64,000 nucleotides of DNA from Vicinamibacteria bacterium (GTDB taxonomy: Bacteria; Acidobacteriota; Vicinamibacteria; Marinacidobacterales; Marinacidobacteraceae). The stretch lies in the NCBI GenBank assembly GCA_963422395.1, contig OY729431.1, positions 480,001 to 544,000 of the forward strand, in the 5' to 3' direction. The translations under genes were made by a program, and so were the position numbers. Positions within the stretch are counted from its first letter, which is position 1; each line of letters starts with the position of its first letter. The notes under the pieces were generated by a model. That model saw only the letters and a program-made list of their open reading frames with translations. It did no database searches and was not told the origin of the DNA. Shown here piece by piece: positions 10,044-19,816 of the stretch.

Positions 10044-11435
10044 TTGCGATTCGAACACCCGCCATCATCGTCTGGCGCCGCTTGGCGCCGCCTGATTCTC
10101 GTTCCAGGGGTCTCGCTGGCCGTCGCCGCAGGTGCTTGCGGCGGCACCGATACTGGGGTCACCGGAGAGGAAATCAGGCTTGGCAGCTTTGCCCCGTTGA
10201 CCGGCGAATACGCCGCTCTCGGAAATGTGGGCCGGGCCATGTCGGCGTACTTCGAATGGTTGAACGACCAGGGTGGCATCCATGGACGGAGAGTCCGCCT
10301 GATTCTCAAGGACGACCAGAACGACCCCGAAAAGACGCCCGAGCTGGTGGGGCAGATGCTTCGCCGGGGCGATGAACAGGTTTTCGCGATGGTCGGCGGG
10401 ATGAGCACCGCCAACTGTCTCGCGGTCAAGGACGACATCGGCAACCGGCTGGTGCCGTGGGTGAATCCGGGTTCGAGCGCCGGGGTCTGGACCGAACCGA
10501 TGAATGCCTACATCTTCTCGATCCTTCCTACCTCGATCACCGCGGCGCGGGTGCTCACCCGCTATGCGCTGTCCGAGCTCGGAGTGGACCGCATCGGTTC
10601 CATCGCCGAAGACACTCCCTTTGGAATCCAGGGGCAGGAGGGGTACCGGTTGGGGGTGCGCGCCTTCTACGAGGAGTTGGCGGCGAACCTCCCCGAGGGG
10701 ATCGAAGTGCGCTATGCCCGTATTTCGAGTCGCCCCCGGCGGCCCCGAACCGACGATCCGACCAGTGAGGGATGGCATGAGATCCCGGCTGGCGGCGACG
10801 GCGTCCTCTGGCGGGTCCAGCGGGAGGACGGTGGCCGCTGGGGTCGTCCGGAAGCGTCTCCGGAGGATGTGGGGATGCTTCGCGCTCCGAAGGACGGAGG
10901 GGATGTGGCGGAGACGCTCGCCCAGTTGAAGGAAAGACGAGCGGACGCGGTTGTCGTCTGGGGGGTTGCAGAATTCGGTGCCGCGGTAGCTCGGGCGATC
11001 CAGGCGGATGAAGACTGGAATCCGCAGATTCTGGGGTCGTTCGCGATGGCGGATCCGCTCATGATCGATCTCGCCGGCGAGGCGATCGAGGACACCATCG
11101 TGGTGTCCACGACCCCCGACCTCTCTCTGGAAACCGATGCGACCCGCCAGGTTCGGCAGATCCTCGACGAGTACGCCCCTGATGTGCCCTTCGGGGACTA
11201 CGCGATGCTCGGGATGGCGTGGGCGCAGCTCGCCGCAGAAGGCATGGAGAGAGCGGGGCCGGATCTCCGGCGTATCGCGCTGCTGCGGGGACTCGAGACC
11301 ATGGAAAATTGGCAGGGGCTGCTCGGCCATCCGATCACTTTCACCAGTGAGAACCACCGAGGTTTCGACGCCGTAACCCTCAAGCGCGTCGAAGACGGTC
11401 AGTTCGTGGCGATCACCGGCTGGCTCTCGGAATAA
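10044..11435 (+). CDS. LivJ/LivK-family ABC substrate-binding lipoprotein with internal insertion
   Basis: Lipobox AGAC-GG, IRLGSFAPLTG, NDQGGIHGRRVRLILKDD, ITFTSENHRG. TTG start is uncertain. Confidence 0.85.
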   Translation: MRFEHPPSSSGAAWRRLILVPGVSLAVAAGACGGTDTGVTGEEIRLGSFAPLTGEYAALGNVGRAMSAYFEWLNDQGGIHGRRVRLILKDDQNDPEKTPELVGQMLRRGDEQVFAMVGGMSTANCLAVKDDIGNRLVPWVNPGSSAGVWTEPMNAYIFSILPTSITAARVLTRYALSELGVDRIGSIAEDTPFGIQGQEGYRLGVRAFYEELAANLPEGIEVRYARISSRPRRPRTDDPTSEGWHEIPAGGDGVLWRVQREDGGRWGRPEASPEDVGMLRAPKDGGDVAETLAQLKERRADAVVVWGVAEFGAAVARAIQADEDWNPQILGSFAMADPLMIDLAGEAIEDTIVVSTTPDLSLETDATRQVRQILDEYAPDVPFGDYAMLGMAWAQLAAEGMERAGPDLRRIALLRGLETMENWQGLLGHPITFTSENHRGFDAVTLKRVEDGQFVAITGWLSE

Positions 11436-11443
11436 CCACCTCC

Positions 11444-11467
11444 CCGCCGGCGGCGCCGGCGGCTTTT
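11444..11467 (+). terminator. Possible intrinsic terminator between convergent genes
   Basis: CCGCCGGC-GGC-GCCGGCGG hairpin followed by CTTTT, just after the stop at 11435. Confidence 0.45.
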
Positions 11468-11474
11468 CCGGCTC

Positions 11475-12224
11475 TTAGGTTCCGCAGTCGGATTTCGGCT
11501 CTTCCAGGATTTCCTGTCGGCCGAGATAGGCCCGCCGCACCTCGGGATCGCGCACCAGTTCTGCCGCGCTTCCCTCCCGAACGACGCCGCCGCGTTCGAG
11601 GACATAACCCCGTTCGGCGATCTCGAGCGCCCGCACCACATTCTGCTCCACGAGCAGCACGGCGACTCCTTCGGCGCGAATGGCCGACACTGCCCTGAAC
11701 ACTGTATCCACCACCATTGGTGAGAGACCGAGCGAAGGTTCGTCCATCAGTAGCAGCGTCGGCGACGCCATCAGGGCCCGGCCGATGGCCACCATCTGGC
11801 GTTCCCCGCCCGAGAGAGTTCCCGCCAGCTGCCCGGCACGCTCCCGGAGCCGGGGAAAGAGCGTGAGAATCCAGTCGAGGCGCTCCGGGACCGCCCCCTT
11901 CCCCCGGACTGCATATGCGCCCAGCCGGACATTCTCTAGGACGGTCATTTGCGGCCAGACGCGGCTTCCCTCGGGAACATGCGCGATGCCGGACTTGACG
12001 ATCCGAGCGGCGCTGTCATGCGAAAGCAGCTCACCGGCGAGGCGGATGGTTCCCGTGTCGGGGTGGGAGAGACCGCTGATCGCCCGCAGCGTCGTCGTCT
12101 TGCCCGCGCCGTTCGCTCCCAGCAGAGCGACCACTTCCTGTGCCTCGACCCGCAGACTCACCCCGCGGAGTGCGGGAACACCGCCTCGCCGCACGGCGAG
12201 GTCCCGAATTTCCAGGAGGCTCAC
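11475..12224 (-). CDS. livF: Branched-chain amino acid ABC transporter ATPase (LivF-like)
   Basis: GANGAGKT, HVPEG, LSGGERQM, LMDEPSLGLSP, LLVEQN. Confidence 0.9.
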   Translation of the reverse strand: MSLLEIRDLAVRRGGVPALRGVSLRVEAQEVVALLGANGAGKTTTLRAISGLSHPDTGTIRLAGELLSHDSAARIVKSGIAHVPEGSRVWPQMTVLENVRLGAYAVRGKGAVPERLDWILTLFPRLRERAGQLAGTLSGGERQMVAIGRALMASPTLLLMDEPSLGLSPMVVDTVFRAVSAIRAEGVAVLLVEQNVVRALEIAERGYVLERGGVVREGSAAELVRDPEVRRAYLGRQEILEEPKSDCGT

Positions 12225-12991
12225 GGGGCGGACGCCTCTACGGGACCGGCCGAGCGGCCGAGGTAAGCCTCGACCACCGCCGGATTCCGGATCACTGTTT
12301 CGGGTCTCCCGACGGCGATCGTCGCTCCTCGGTGCAACACCTGAATCCGGTCCGAAAGGTCCATCACGGCTTCCATGACATGTTCGACATAGACGATGCC
12401 GATCCCGCGGTCGCGCACTTTTCGGAGCAGAGCCACCGTTTCGCGCACTTCCGCCGGATCGAGCCCGGCGGCCACCTCGTCCACGAGCAGCACCAGCGGT
12501 CTCGCCGCCAGCGCGCGGGCGAGGCCGAGCCGCTTCCGTTCTGCCAGGTTCAGCGAACGGACCGCCGCGTCACGACGGTCTCCGAGTCGGCACTGTTCGA
12601 GGCAACTCGCCGCGTCCTCCTTCGGTGAGGCGCCGGGTGCGGGACGACCGAACTCCGCGCCCACCAGCACGCTTTCGAAAACCGTCATGCCGAGGAACGG
12701 GCGGGGAACCTGGAAGGTGCGCGAAAGCCCCAACCTGCAGATCCGGTGGGGGGGCCGGTTCTGTATTTCCCGTCCCAGCAGGTGGATCTTTCCTCGATCG
12801 AGCCGGAGCTGGCCGCTCATCAGATGAAAGAGAGTGGTCTTGCCGGCCCCGTTGGGGCCGATGAGGCCGAGAACCTCGCCCTTCGCCAGGGTCAGATCCA
12901 CTCCCCGCACCGCAGTGAGGCCGCCGAAACGCCGAGTGACTCCGCGGGTTTCGAGCAGCGGGGCGGCACCGGTGGAATTCGCGGGATTCAT
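12221..12991 (-). CDS. livG: Branched-chain amino acid ABC transporter ATPase (LivG-like)
   Basis: FGGLTAV, GLIGPNGAGKT, RTFQ, VEHVM, VVEAYLG. Start at MNPANS overlaps the livM stop. Confidence 0.9.
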   Translation of the reverse strand: MNPANSTGAAPLLETRGVTRRFGGLTAVRGVDLTLAKGEVLGLIGPNGAGKTTLFHLMSGQLRLDRGKIHLLGREIQNRPPHRICRLGLSRTFQVPRPFLGMTVFESVLVGAEFGRPAPGASPKEDAASCLEQCRLGDRRDAAVRSLNLAERKRLGLARALAARPLVLLVDEVAAGLDPAEVRETVALLRKVRDRGIGIVYVEHVMEAVMDLSDRIQVLHRGATIAVGRPETVIRNPAVVEAYLGRSAGPVEASAP

Positions 12992-13980
12992 GGACTCTCC
13001 CGGCGGGCACTCGAGGCTCGCCGTCCCAGACGGGCGGCGAGCGAACCGAGGCGCGGCGCCAGACCCCGCGGGTCGACCAGGATGATGAGGATCAGAAGCG
13101 CGCCGAAGGCTGCGAGGTGAACCTCGGCGAGGCTCGCCAGTACGAACTGCTCCAGGAAGAGGAAGATGGCGGCGCCGAGCACGGGTCCCGCCACCGTGCC
13201 GATTCCGCCCACCAGCACCATCAGGACCAGACTGATGGAAAGGTCGAAGCCGAAGACCTTTTCCGGAACGATATAGAGAGTGAACTGGGCGTAGTAGCTG
13301 CCGCCGAGGCCGGTCAGCGCGGCGGCGACAGCGAAGACGGTTACCTGCTGTCGGGCTACGTCCACTCCCGAAGCCGCCGCCGCCCGGGCATCCTCGCGGA
13401 GCGCGATCAGTCCGAGCCCGAGGCGGGAACGCTTCACGATCTCGCTGGTCTTCACCGCGAGGACAGCGAGCAGGGCGCCGACTGCATAGAGCGGATACGG
13501 CCCGAGATCCTGTTCGAGCGGGAGGGTCAGGCCCGAGGCGCCCCCCGCAGCCTCGATGTGGTTCGCCACGATCCGGGTGGCTTCGGCTATCCCGATGGTG
13601 GCGATGGCGAAGTACGGGCCGCGCAGGCGCAGACACGGCCAGCCCCAGAGCACCCCGAACAGCGCGGCGAGTCCGGCCGCCGCCGGCATCGTCAGCAGGG
13701 GGTGGATGCCGGCCAGCCAAAGCATCGAGGTCGCGTATGCCCCGATGCCGAAGAGCGAGGCGTTTCCGAAGGAGATCTGTCCGGCGAAGCCCCCGACCAG
13801 ATTCCAGGCGCTGGCGAGGGTGATGTTCAGGAAAAGGAGCTGGGCGAGGCGCGCCGCATAGGGGTTTTCGACCAGGAGCGGCGCCGCCGCCACCCCTGCC
13901 GCGAGGGCGCTCCAAGCGGCGAGCTGCCGCTTTGCCGACTTCTTCTTGCCCGGTTGGGAGGATCCGGGAGCTCGCGGCAT
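12988..13980 (-). CDS. livM: Branched-chain amino acid ABC permease (LivM-like)
   Basis: WNLVGGFAGQISFG, LRLRGPYFAIAT, ALREDARAA, GGIGTVAGPVLGA. Confidence 0.9.
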   Translation of the reverse strand: MPRAPGSSQPGKKKSAKRQLAAWSALAAGVAAAPLLVENPYAARLAQLLFLNITLASAWNLVGGFAGQISFGNASLFGIGAYATSMLWLAGIHPLLTMPAAAGLAALFGVLWGWPCLRLRGPYFAIATIGIAEATRIVANHIEAAGGASGLTLPLEQDLGPYPLYAVGALLAVLAVKTSEIVKRSRLGLGLIALREDARAAAASGVDVARQQVTVFAVAAALTGLGGSYYAQFTLYIVPEKVFGFDLSISLVLMVLVGGIGTVAGPVLGAAIFLFLEQFVLASLAEVHLAAFGALLILIILVDPRGLAPRLGSLAARLGRRASSARRESP

Positions 13981-13986
13981 GGCTGT

Positions 13987-14841
13987 TCAGTTCTCCGCGT
14001 CTCGGCGGCGCAGCACGAGGGCTGCGGTGAGCACGAGGAAACTCACTACATCCCGGTAGCCCGTGTGGAAGTAGAAGGCGGTCAGGTCTTCGGCGATACC
14101 CAGTCCGATCCCGGCGATCAGGATGCCGCCGATGTTCGTGAGGCCGCCGAGCACGACGACGCAGAAGCTCTTCAGCAGGAACCGCGCTCCGAACTCGGGA
14201 GTGACCGAGTAGAAGAGCGACATCAGGCTTCCGGCGGACATCGCGAGCGCGGAACCGATCCCGAAAGCGATCGCCCACACTCGGTTCACCGGAATCCCGG
14301 AAAGTGAGGCAGCTTCTCTGTCCTGCGCCACCGCACGGAGCGCGAGGCCGGCCCAGGTCCGTTTCAGGAGCAGAGCGAGCAGCACGAATCCGAGCAGCGA
14401 GAATCCCGATACGATCAGCCGCGGCACGCTGAGGGTGAGCGGCCCCACCGCGATGGATTCGAGCGAATATGAGGTCAGGAGAGACCGGTCTGCTCCGCCG
14501 AAGATCAGATAGAGGACATTGCGAACGATCAGCCAGACGCCGAACAACAGCAGCAGGGTAGTGACCGGCGGGCTGTCCCGGAGTCGGAAGACCAGACTGC
14601 GCTCGATGGTGAACCCGAGGAGAAAGCCCAGGGGAACCGTGATCAGCAAGGAGACCAGCGGGTCCATTCCCCAGGTCGTGTGGAGCCACCAGGTCCCATA
14701 GACGCCGAGGGTCAGAAACGCGCCGTGGGCGAGGTTGACCACTCGCAGGACGCCGTAGATGAGGCCCAGCCCGTAGGCCATGTAGGCGTACACGGTGCCG
14801 ACGAGGATGCCCGAGGTGAGGATCGAGAAGAGATCAACCAC
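13987..14841 (-). CDS. livH: Branched-chain amino acid ABC permease (LivH-like)
   Basis: GLGLIYGVLRVVNLAHG, LRAVAQDREAASLSGI, VVVLGGL. GTG start estimated. Confidence 0.9.
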   Translation of the reverse strand: MVDLFSILTSGILVGTVYAYMAYGLGLIYGVLRVVNLAHGAFLTLGVYGTWWLHTTWGMDPLVSLLITVPLGFLLGFTIERSLVFRLRDSPPVTTLLLLFGVWLIVRNVLYLIFGGADRSLLTSYSLESIAVGPLTLSVPRLIVSGFSLLGFVLLALLLKRTWAGLALRAVAQDREAASLSGIPVNRVWAIAFGIGSALAMSAGSLMSLFYSVTPEFGARFLLKSFCVVVLGGLTNIGGILIAGIGLGIAEDLTAFYFHTGYRDVVSFLVLTAALVLRRRDAEN

Positions 14842-14938
14842 GGCGATCAGCGGAAAGGGAGGCCGGCCAGGGCAGGAAACGGCCGAATCGGGCAGCGAAA
14901 CCCAGGGGGGGCATACGGCGGAGAGGCCCCTGCGTAGC

Positions 14939-16159
14939 TCAGCGTCCGAGGAAAGCGGGTCCTTCCGCCGCGTCCGGCGGATACACGATCCGGGTTCCCC
15001 CATCTGGCAGGTTCTGCACGATCACGCAGCGATTCCGAATTTGGTAACGGCTCGCTTCGGGGAAGTGCAGGCGCTCTCCGGGCAGCAGTGAGTCCGTCAG
15101 GTCGAGTTCCTGGAGTGCGTCGCGGATCGCCTCGGGGGCCGTCGAACCGGCATGTCCGATGGCGGTGACGAGCGCCCGCGCTGCCTCGTAGGCGACCGCC
15201 GGGTAGTACTCGGTCACCGGCCCGCCGAACTCTGCTTCGTAGCTCTCGATGAAGCGGCGGGACCGTTCGTAAGGGAGCGCTCGGGTCCACCACTGCGCCG
15301 AGACCAGGTGGCGGACCGCGTTCCCCAGGCCCTCGCGGACCGAGCGCTCCGGCCCCCGCGCCCCATAACTGACGGCGAGGTGCTCGAGTCCCTGCTCCAC
15401 ATAGGCGCGGTGCTGCAAGAGGAAGTCGGGCTCGTGGGCGTCCGAAAGGAATACATCGGCTTCCACCGACCGAACCTTCACGATGAGCGAGGTGTGGTCG
15501 CTCGACAGGTGCTCGAACGACTCGTCGAGGACGAGCTGGAACCGCTCCGGTTCTGCTGCGGCGACCTGGTGCACGCCGGTTCGGTACTCCCGACCATGGT
15601 CGGTGTTCTGCCACACCAGCGCGATGCGGAGGGGAGCCGGAAGCCGCTCGTTGTCCTGCTCCCAGGACAACCACTCGAGGGTAGTGCTCGCCAGCGATTC
15701 CACCGGGCTCAGGATGCCGAAGACCCACTGGTTCCCTTCCCGAAAGATGGACCGGGAGGCGCCGCCGGCATTCAGGAACGGGATGCCGCGCCGCATCGGG
15801 ACGATGACCTGGGACTGGACCAGCGGCGTGGAGTAGCCGGAAAGCAGGGCTGCTACCCCATCCACCGCGATGAGGCGCTCGAGCAGACTCGGGGAAAGCG
15901 AGGCGTCGCTCTTGTCGTCGTAGAGCAGCAGTTCCACCGGCCGGCGGGTCCCCTCGATCTCCACCCCACCGTTCTCGTTCGCTTCCCGCACTGCGAGCTG
16001 ATAGCCGCCCCGGAAAAACCCGCCGACATTGGCGTGTTTGCCGCTCAGCGGCAACGCGGCCCCGATGCGCACCGTGTCGCCCCTGCCTCCGGAGCAGGCA
16101 GCTACGAAGAAGACCGCCAGCGCGGCGGCCCCGAGCGAGTGCGGGCGGGTGCGGGCCAT
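14939..16159 (-). CDS. Amino acid ABC transporter substrate-binding lipoprotein (LivK family)
   Basis: Lipobox VAAC-SGG, VRIGAALPLSG, ANENGGV, YDDKSD; first gene of the Liv operon. Start estimated. Confidence 0.88.
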   Translation of the reverse strand: MARTRPHSLGAAALAVFFVAACSGGRGDTVRIGAALPLSGKHANVGGFFRGGYQLAVREANENGGVEIEGTRRPVELLLYDDKSDASLSPSLLERLIAVDGVAALLSGYSTPLVQSQVIVPMRRGIPFLNAGGASRSIFREGNQWVFGILSPVESLASTTLEWLSWEQDNERLPAPLRIALVWQNTDHGREYRTGVHQVAAAEPERFQLVLDESFEHLSSDHTSLIVKVRSVEADVFLSDAHEPDFLLQHRAYVEQGLEHLAVSYGARGPERSVREGLGNAVRHLVSAQWWTRALPYERSRRFIESYEAEFGGPVTEYYPAVAYEAARALVTAIGHAGSTAPEAIRDALQELDLTDSLLPGERLHFPEASRYQIRNRCVIVQNLPDGGTRIVYPPDAAEGPAFLGR

Positions 16160-16230
16160 ACTGGACGCGACCGACACCATGTGGGCGGCGAATCCTACCA
16201 ACCGCCAGAACCGCTCCTAAAATCCCGGCG

Positions 16231-17091
16231 GTGCCCAGCGAAGGAGGAAGGGAAGTCCCGGGGGCCGGGTTCGTGGCCGCCATTCCGACCATGGAGGTCC
16301 TGCCGATCCGGGAGATTCGTTTCCATGAAGAGGTGGACCTCGCCCGGGTGGCGGCGCTGATCGAACGGCTGAGCACCGACGGCATCCTGCGCAACCCGCC
16401 GATCGTCGCCCGCCTCCCCGGCCGGGAGCGGCTTCTGCTCGACGGCGCGAACCGCATCGAAGCGCTCTCCCGGATGGGAATTCCCCACGCGCTGGTGCAG
16501 ACCGAGGAGTTCGACGATCCGCACCTCGGTCTCGCCCACTGGAACCATGTCATCCGCGCGAAAGAGGCGGCGGCCCTCGTCGAGCGCCCCCCGGCGCTGT
16601 TGAAGGCCCGCGGCGCCGAGCCGCCCGCAGACGAGACCGAACGGAATCTGCTGCCGATCTGCCGCCTGTTCCGTCCGTCGGGCGAAGAGGTCGTTTTCGT
16701 GGCGCCTTCCGACGCTTCCGTCCGCTCGGCCGCGCTGCGGGCGATCTCCTCCCGCTGCGCTCACCCTCGCGCCCGGCTGGCCCGGATCGCGCACCGCGAC
16801 CTCGATCAGGTGCGCCTCGCCTATCCGAATTTCGGCGGGCTGCTCGAATACTCCGAGGTATCCCGGGCCGAGCTGCGGAGGATGGCCGATGCCGGAGAGC
16901 GGTTGCCGTCCGGCATCACCCGTTTCGTGGTCCCCCGTCGGGTGCTGGGGTTCGATCTGCCGCTCTCCTTTCTGGCGACGAACCTGCCGCTCTCCGAAAA
17001 GCGCCGCCGGCTCGATGCTCTGGTCTCCGAGCGGTTCGATTCGGGCCGGGTCCGCTACTACGCGGAGCCGGTGTTCGTCTTCGACGATTGA
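16231..17091 (+). CDS. ParB/sulfiredoxin-fold protein, SbnI/SerK-like free L-serine kinase candidate
   Basis: IRFHEE...DGILRNPPIV...LLLDGANR...W and C-terminal LPSGITRF...RVL...PL...RYYAEPVF match my recollection of the SbnI architecture. Start may be 16273 or 16291. Confidence 0.65.
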   Translation: MPSEGGREVPGAGFVAAIPTMEVLPIREIRFHEEVDLARVAALIERLSTDGILRNPPIVARLPGRERLLLDGANRIEALSRMGIPHALVQTEEFDDPHLGLAHWNHVIRAKEAAALVERPPALLKARGAEPPADETERNLLPICRLFRPSGEEVVFVAPSDASVRSAALRAISSRCAHPRARLARIAHRDLDQVRLAYPNFGGLLEYSEVSRAELRRMADAGERLPSGITRFVVPRRVLGFDLPLSFLATNLPLSEKRRRLDALVSERFDSGRVRYYAEPVFVFDD

Positions 17092-17362
17092 CCCGGCGGG
17101 CTCACCCCGTCGGAGTTTCAGGGAAGCTGCCGGGTCGTCCACTCGGCATGTCGGATGCCTGCCGCGATCCGAATGCTGCGCACGGTGATCTTCGCGTCCG
17201 ATCGGTCGATCGCGACGCGGGCTGCTTCTCGTCCACGAACGACGCAGGGAAGGACAGGCGCATCGCTCGCGAAGACTTCGGCTGGCAGATTCGACACGCG
17301 GGCCACGAACCTCACTCCTGCAGGGGACAGGAGGTCCAGCCTGGCCTTCAGTCGGAGGAGCG

Positions 17363-18243
17363 TCACTGGTCCGAGAGCCGGCGGGCCATGAGATCGACAT
17401 AGGCCGGGTTGCAATCGATCCCGACCCACTTTCGCCCGAGGTGCTGCGCTGCGAGCAGCGTGGTGCCCGATCCGGCGTAGGGGTCGAGGACGACGCTGCC
17501 CTCCCGACTGGAGAGGGCGGCGCAGCGCCGGGCGAGGGCCAGCGGCATCACCGCCGGATGTCCCTTCCCGGCGCCGTTCGTCTTCTGCGGTTCCGTCGGA
17601 ATTTCCCAGGTCGTGCGGAGGCGTCTGCGGTTCGGTCCGCGAACCGCTTCCTGGTCGTAGAAATAATTCTGGGTCTTCGAAGCAGGAACACCGTTTCGTG
17701 GGCTTTCGTCGGACGGTCGCGCACCGACTCGGGATGAGCGTTCGGCTTGATCCACAAGACCTCGGAACGCAACCACCAGCCGGCGTCCTGGAGAGCGAAG
17801 GCGATCCTCCAAGGGATGCCGATCAGGTCCTTCGGCTTCAGGCCCCCGGGGGTCGGCGGGCGGACGCTCATTTCACGGACCCGATTCTTGCGATCCGGAG
17901 CGCGGGTGCGGCGGTTGCCGGAGGTATAGGCGTCGCCGACATTCAGCCAGACGGTTCCGTCGTCCCGCAGCACGCGCCGCAGCTGGTCGAAGACGGCGGC
18001 CAGGCTTTCGACATACTCCTCGAGGGACTCGGTGCAACCCACCTGATTCTCGGTCCGATAGTCGCGGAGCGACCAGTACGGAGGAGATGTGATCACTGTC
18101 TGGACCGAGGCGCTCGGAAGCATCGCCAGAGCCTCGCGAGCGTCTCCGCAGACGAGCAGGGACTTCTCGATGGATTCCAGCTGTAGCTCGGTGGACACCG
18201 GGATTCGGAGGAAAGCCGCCGGAGACTTCGGGCGTCTTGCCAT
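17363..18243 (-). pseudogene. Site-specific amino-DNA methyltransferase (beta class, N4-C/N6-A), frameshifted near 17680
   Basis: Motif IV TSPPY, KPKDLIGIPW and WIKPN...ESVRDRPT..HE are in one frame. HPAVMP and motif I VLDPYAGSGTT are in another. One extra T at CTT^CGAAG would restore ...FLLSKTQ. Confidence 0.85.
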
Positions 18244-18462
18244 CGGCGGGGAAGGTCCTGCCATCGGCAAGAGCGCAGCTGTCGATCCGTGCTCCGAGAG
18301 GGGCGCCGCTGCCGGAGATCGAGCCAGGCTGTTTCCCACGCGCAGTCCTCCCGGCCCGGATTCTCCCCGGCTGTCGTCCGGGAGGCAACCGTCCGGGCGG
18401 ATCTGTCGGCCTGCCGCCGGGAGGATTCGGTTACGATCCCCGCTCTTCGGAAGAGTCGCTCG

Positions 18463-19221
18463 GTGTCGGGACACAGCAAGTGGCATTCGATTCGCCACAA
18501 GAAGGCGGTTGTGGACGCCAAGCGGGGCAAGGCGTTCACCCGCCTGCTGAAGGAAGTCACGATGGCGGCGCGCCTGGGCGGCGGGGATCTGCAGTTCAAC
18601 CCTCGCCTCCGCCTCGCCGTGGAGAAAGCGAAAGCCGGGAATGTGCCGCGGGACAGCATCGACCGCGCGGTGAAGAAGGGCACCGGCGAACTCGCCGGAG
18701 TGCGACTCGAGGAAGCGAACTACGAGGGCTACGGACCCGGAGGAGTGGCGGTCATCGTCCACGCCGCGACCGACAACCGCAACCGCACGGTGAGCGATGT
18801 CCGCCACCTCTTCTCGAAGTACGGGGGCAACCTCGGGGAGACCGGATCGGTCCACTGGATGTTCGAGAAGGCCGGCCAGTTCCTGATTCCGAAAGACCGG
18901 GCGAGGGAAGACGACTTGATCGAAATCGTTCTGGCCAGCGGAGGGAGCGATGTTCTCGACGGAGGGGACCATTGGGAGGTACGCACTCCTCCCGAAGCGT
19001 TCACCGCCGTCCGGGAGGCGCTCGGCGAGTTGGGCATCCGCTGCGACAGCGAAGAGATCTCCATGCTCGCCAACCAGCATGTCCGGGTTGCCGGGGGCGA
19101 GGCCCGGCGAGTTCTGCAGCTGATGGAATCTCTCGAGGATCACGAGGATGTGATCCATGTCTGGGCGAACTTCGACATGGATGACGGGGAACTCGACGGG
19201 GAATTCCATGCCGTCTCCTGA
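18463..19221 (+). CDS. yebC: YebC/PmpR family protein
   Basis: (M)SGHSKW..IRHKK, NPRLRLA, YEGYGPGG, TDNRNRT, LEDHEDV. GTG start. Confidence 0.96.
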   Translation: MSGHSKWHSIRHKKAVVDAKRGKAFTRLLKEVTMAARLGGGDLQFNPRLRLAVEKAKAGNVPRDSIDRAVKKGTGELAGVRLEEANYEGYGPGGVAVIVHAATDNRNRTVSDVRHLFSKYGGNLGETGSVHWMFEKAGQFLIPKDRAREDDLIEIVLASGGSDVLDGGDHWEVRTPPEAFTAVREALGELGIRCDSEEISMLANQHVRVAGGEARRVLQLMESLEDHEDVIHVWANFDMDDGELDGEFHAVS

Positions 19222-19816
19222 CGGCGGATCCCTCGTTTCGGTGCATCCTTCCGAAAAGCAGGCCGCGGAAAGCATTCCGCCCGACCGGTTTCGATCCGAT
19301 CGGATTCGCGTTGTCGGCCTCGACCCGGGTTCGCGGGTCAGCGGCTTCGGGGCAGTGGAGGAGGAAGGCGGCAGGTTGCGGGTCGTGGAGTACGGCACCA
19401 TCCGTTGCCGGACCAGCGACTCCTTGGTGCAGCGGCTCGGGCAGCTGCACCGGGAGACTCGCGAGGTCATCGAGCGCCTCGCTCCGGACGAAGTGGCGGT
19501 GGAGTCGGTATTCAGCGCGGTCAGCGCCGGTTCGGCGCTGACCCTCGGCCATGCGCGCGGTGCAGTGCTCGCAGCGCTCCCGGACCTGCCGTTCGCCGAA
19601 TATGCTCCGCGCTCGATCAAGAAGGCGCTCACCGGCTACGGTGGCGCGGGGAAGGCACCGGTCGCCGTGATGGTCTCCCGGCGCCTCGGTCTCGTTGCCC
19701 CTCCGACGCCGGAGGACGCCGCCGATGCGCTGGCGGTTGCGATCTGCCACCTGGATGCTCTGCGAGCGGCGGTCCGCTTGGCCCGCGCGCACCCGGCCGC
19801 CGGACTGCCGAAGTGA
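19208..19816 (+). CDS. ruvC: Holliday junction resolvase
   Basis: VGLDPGS, AVESVF, LGHARG, EYAPRSIKKALTGYG, DAADALAVAICH. Confidence 0.95.
   Translation: MPSPDGGSLVSVHPSEKQAAESIPPDRFRSDRIRVVGLDPGSRVSGFGAVEEEGGRLRVVEYGTIRCRTSDSLVQRLGQLHRETREVIERLAPDEVAVESVFSAVSAGSALTLGHARGAVLAALPDLPFAEYAPRSIKKALTGYGGAGKAPVAVMVSRRLGLVAPPTPEDAADALAVAICHLDALRAAVRLARAHPAAGLPK

Noticed and set aside
8704-10058. Minus-strand and alternate-frame ORFs over the KKATR repeats
   Set aside because: Shadow frames. Nucleotide variation is largely synonymous in the 8988..9812 frame.
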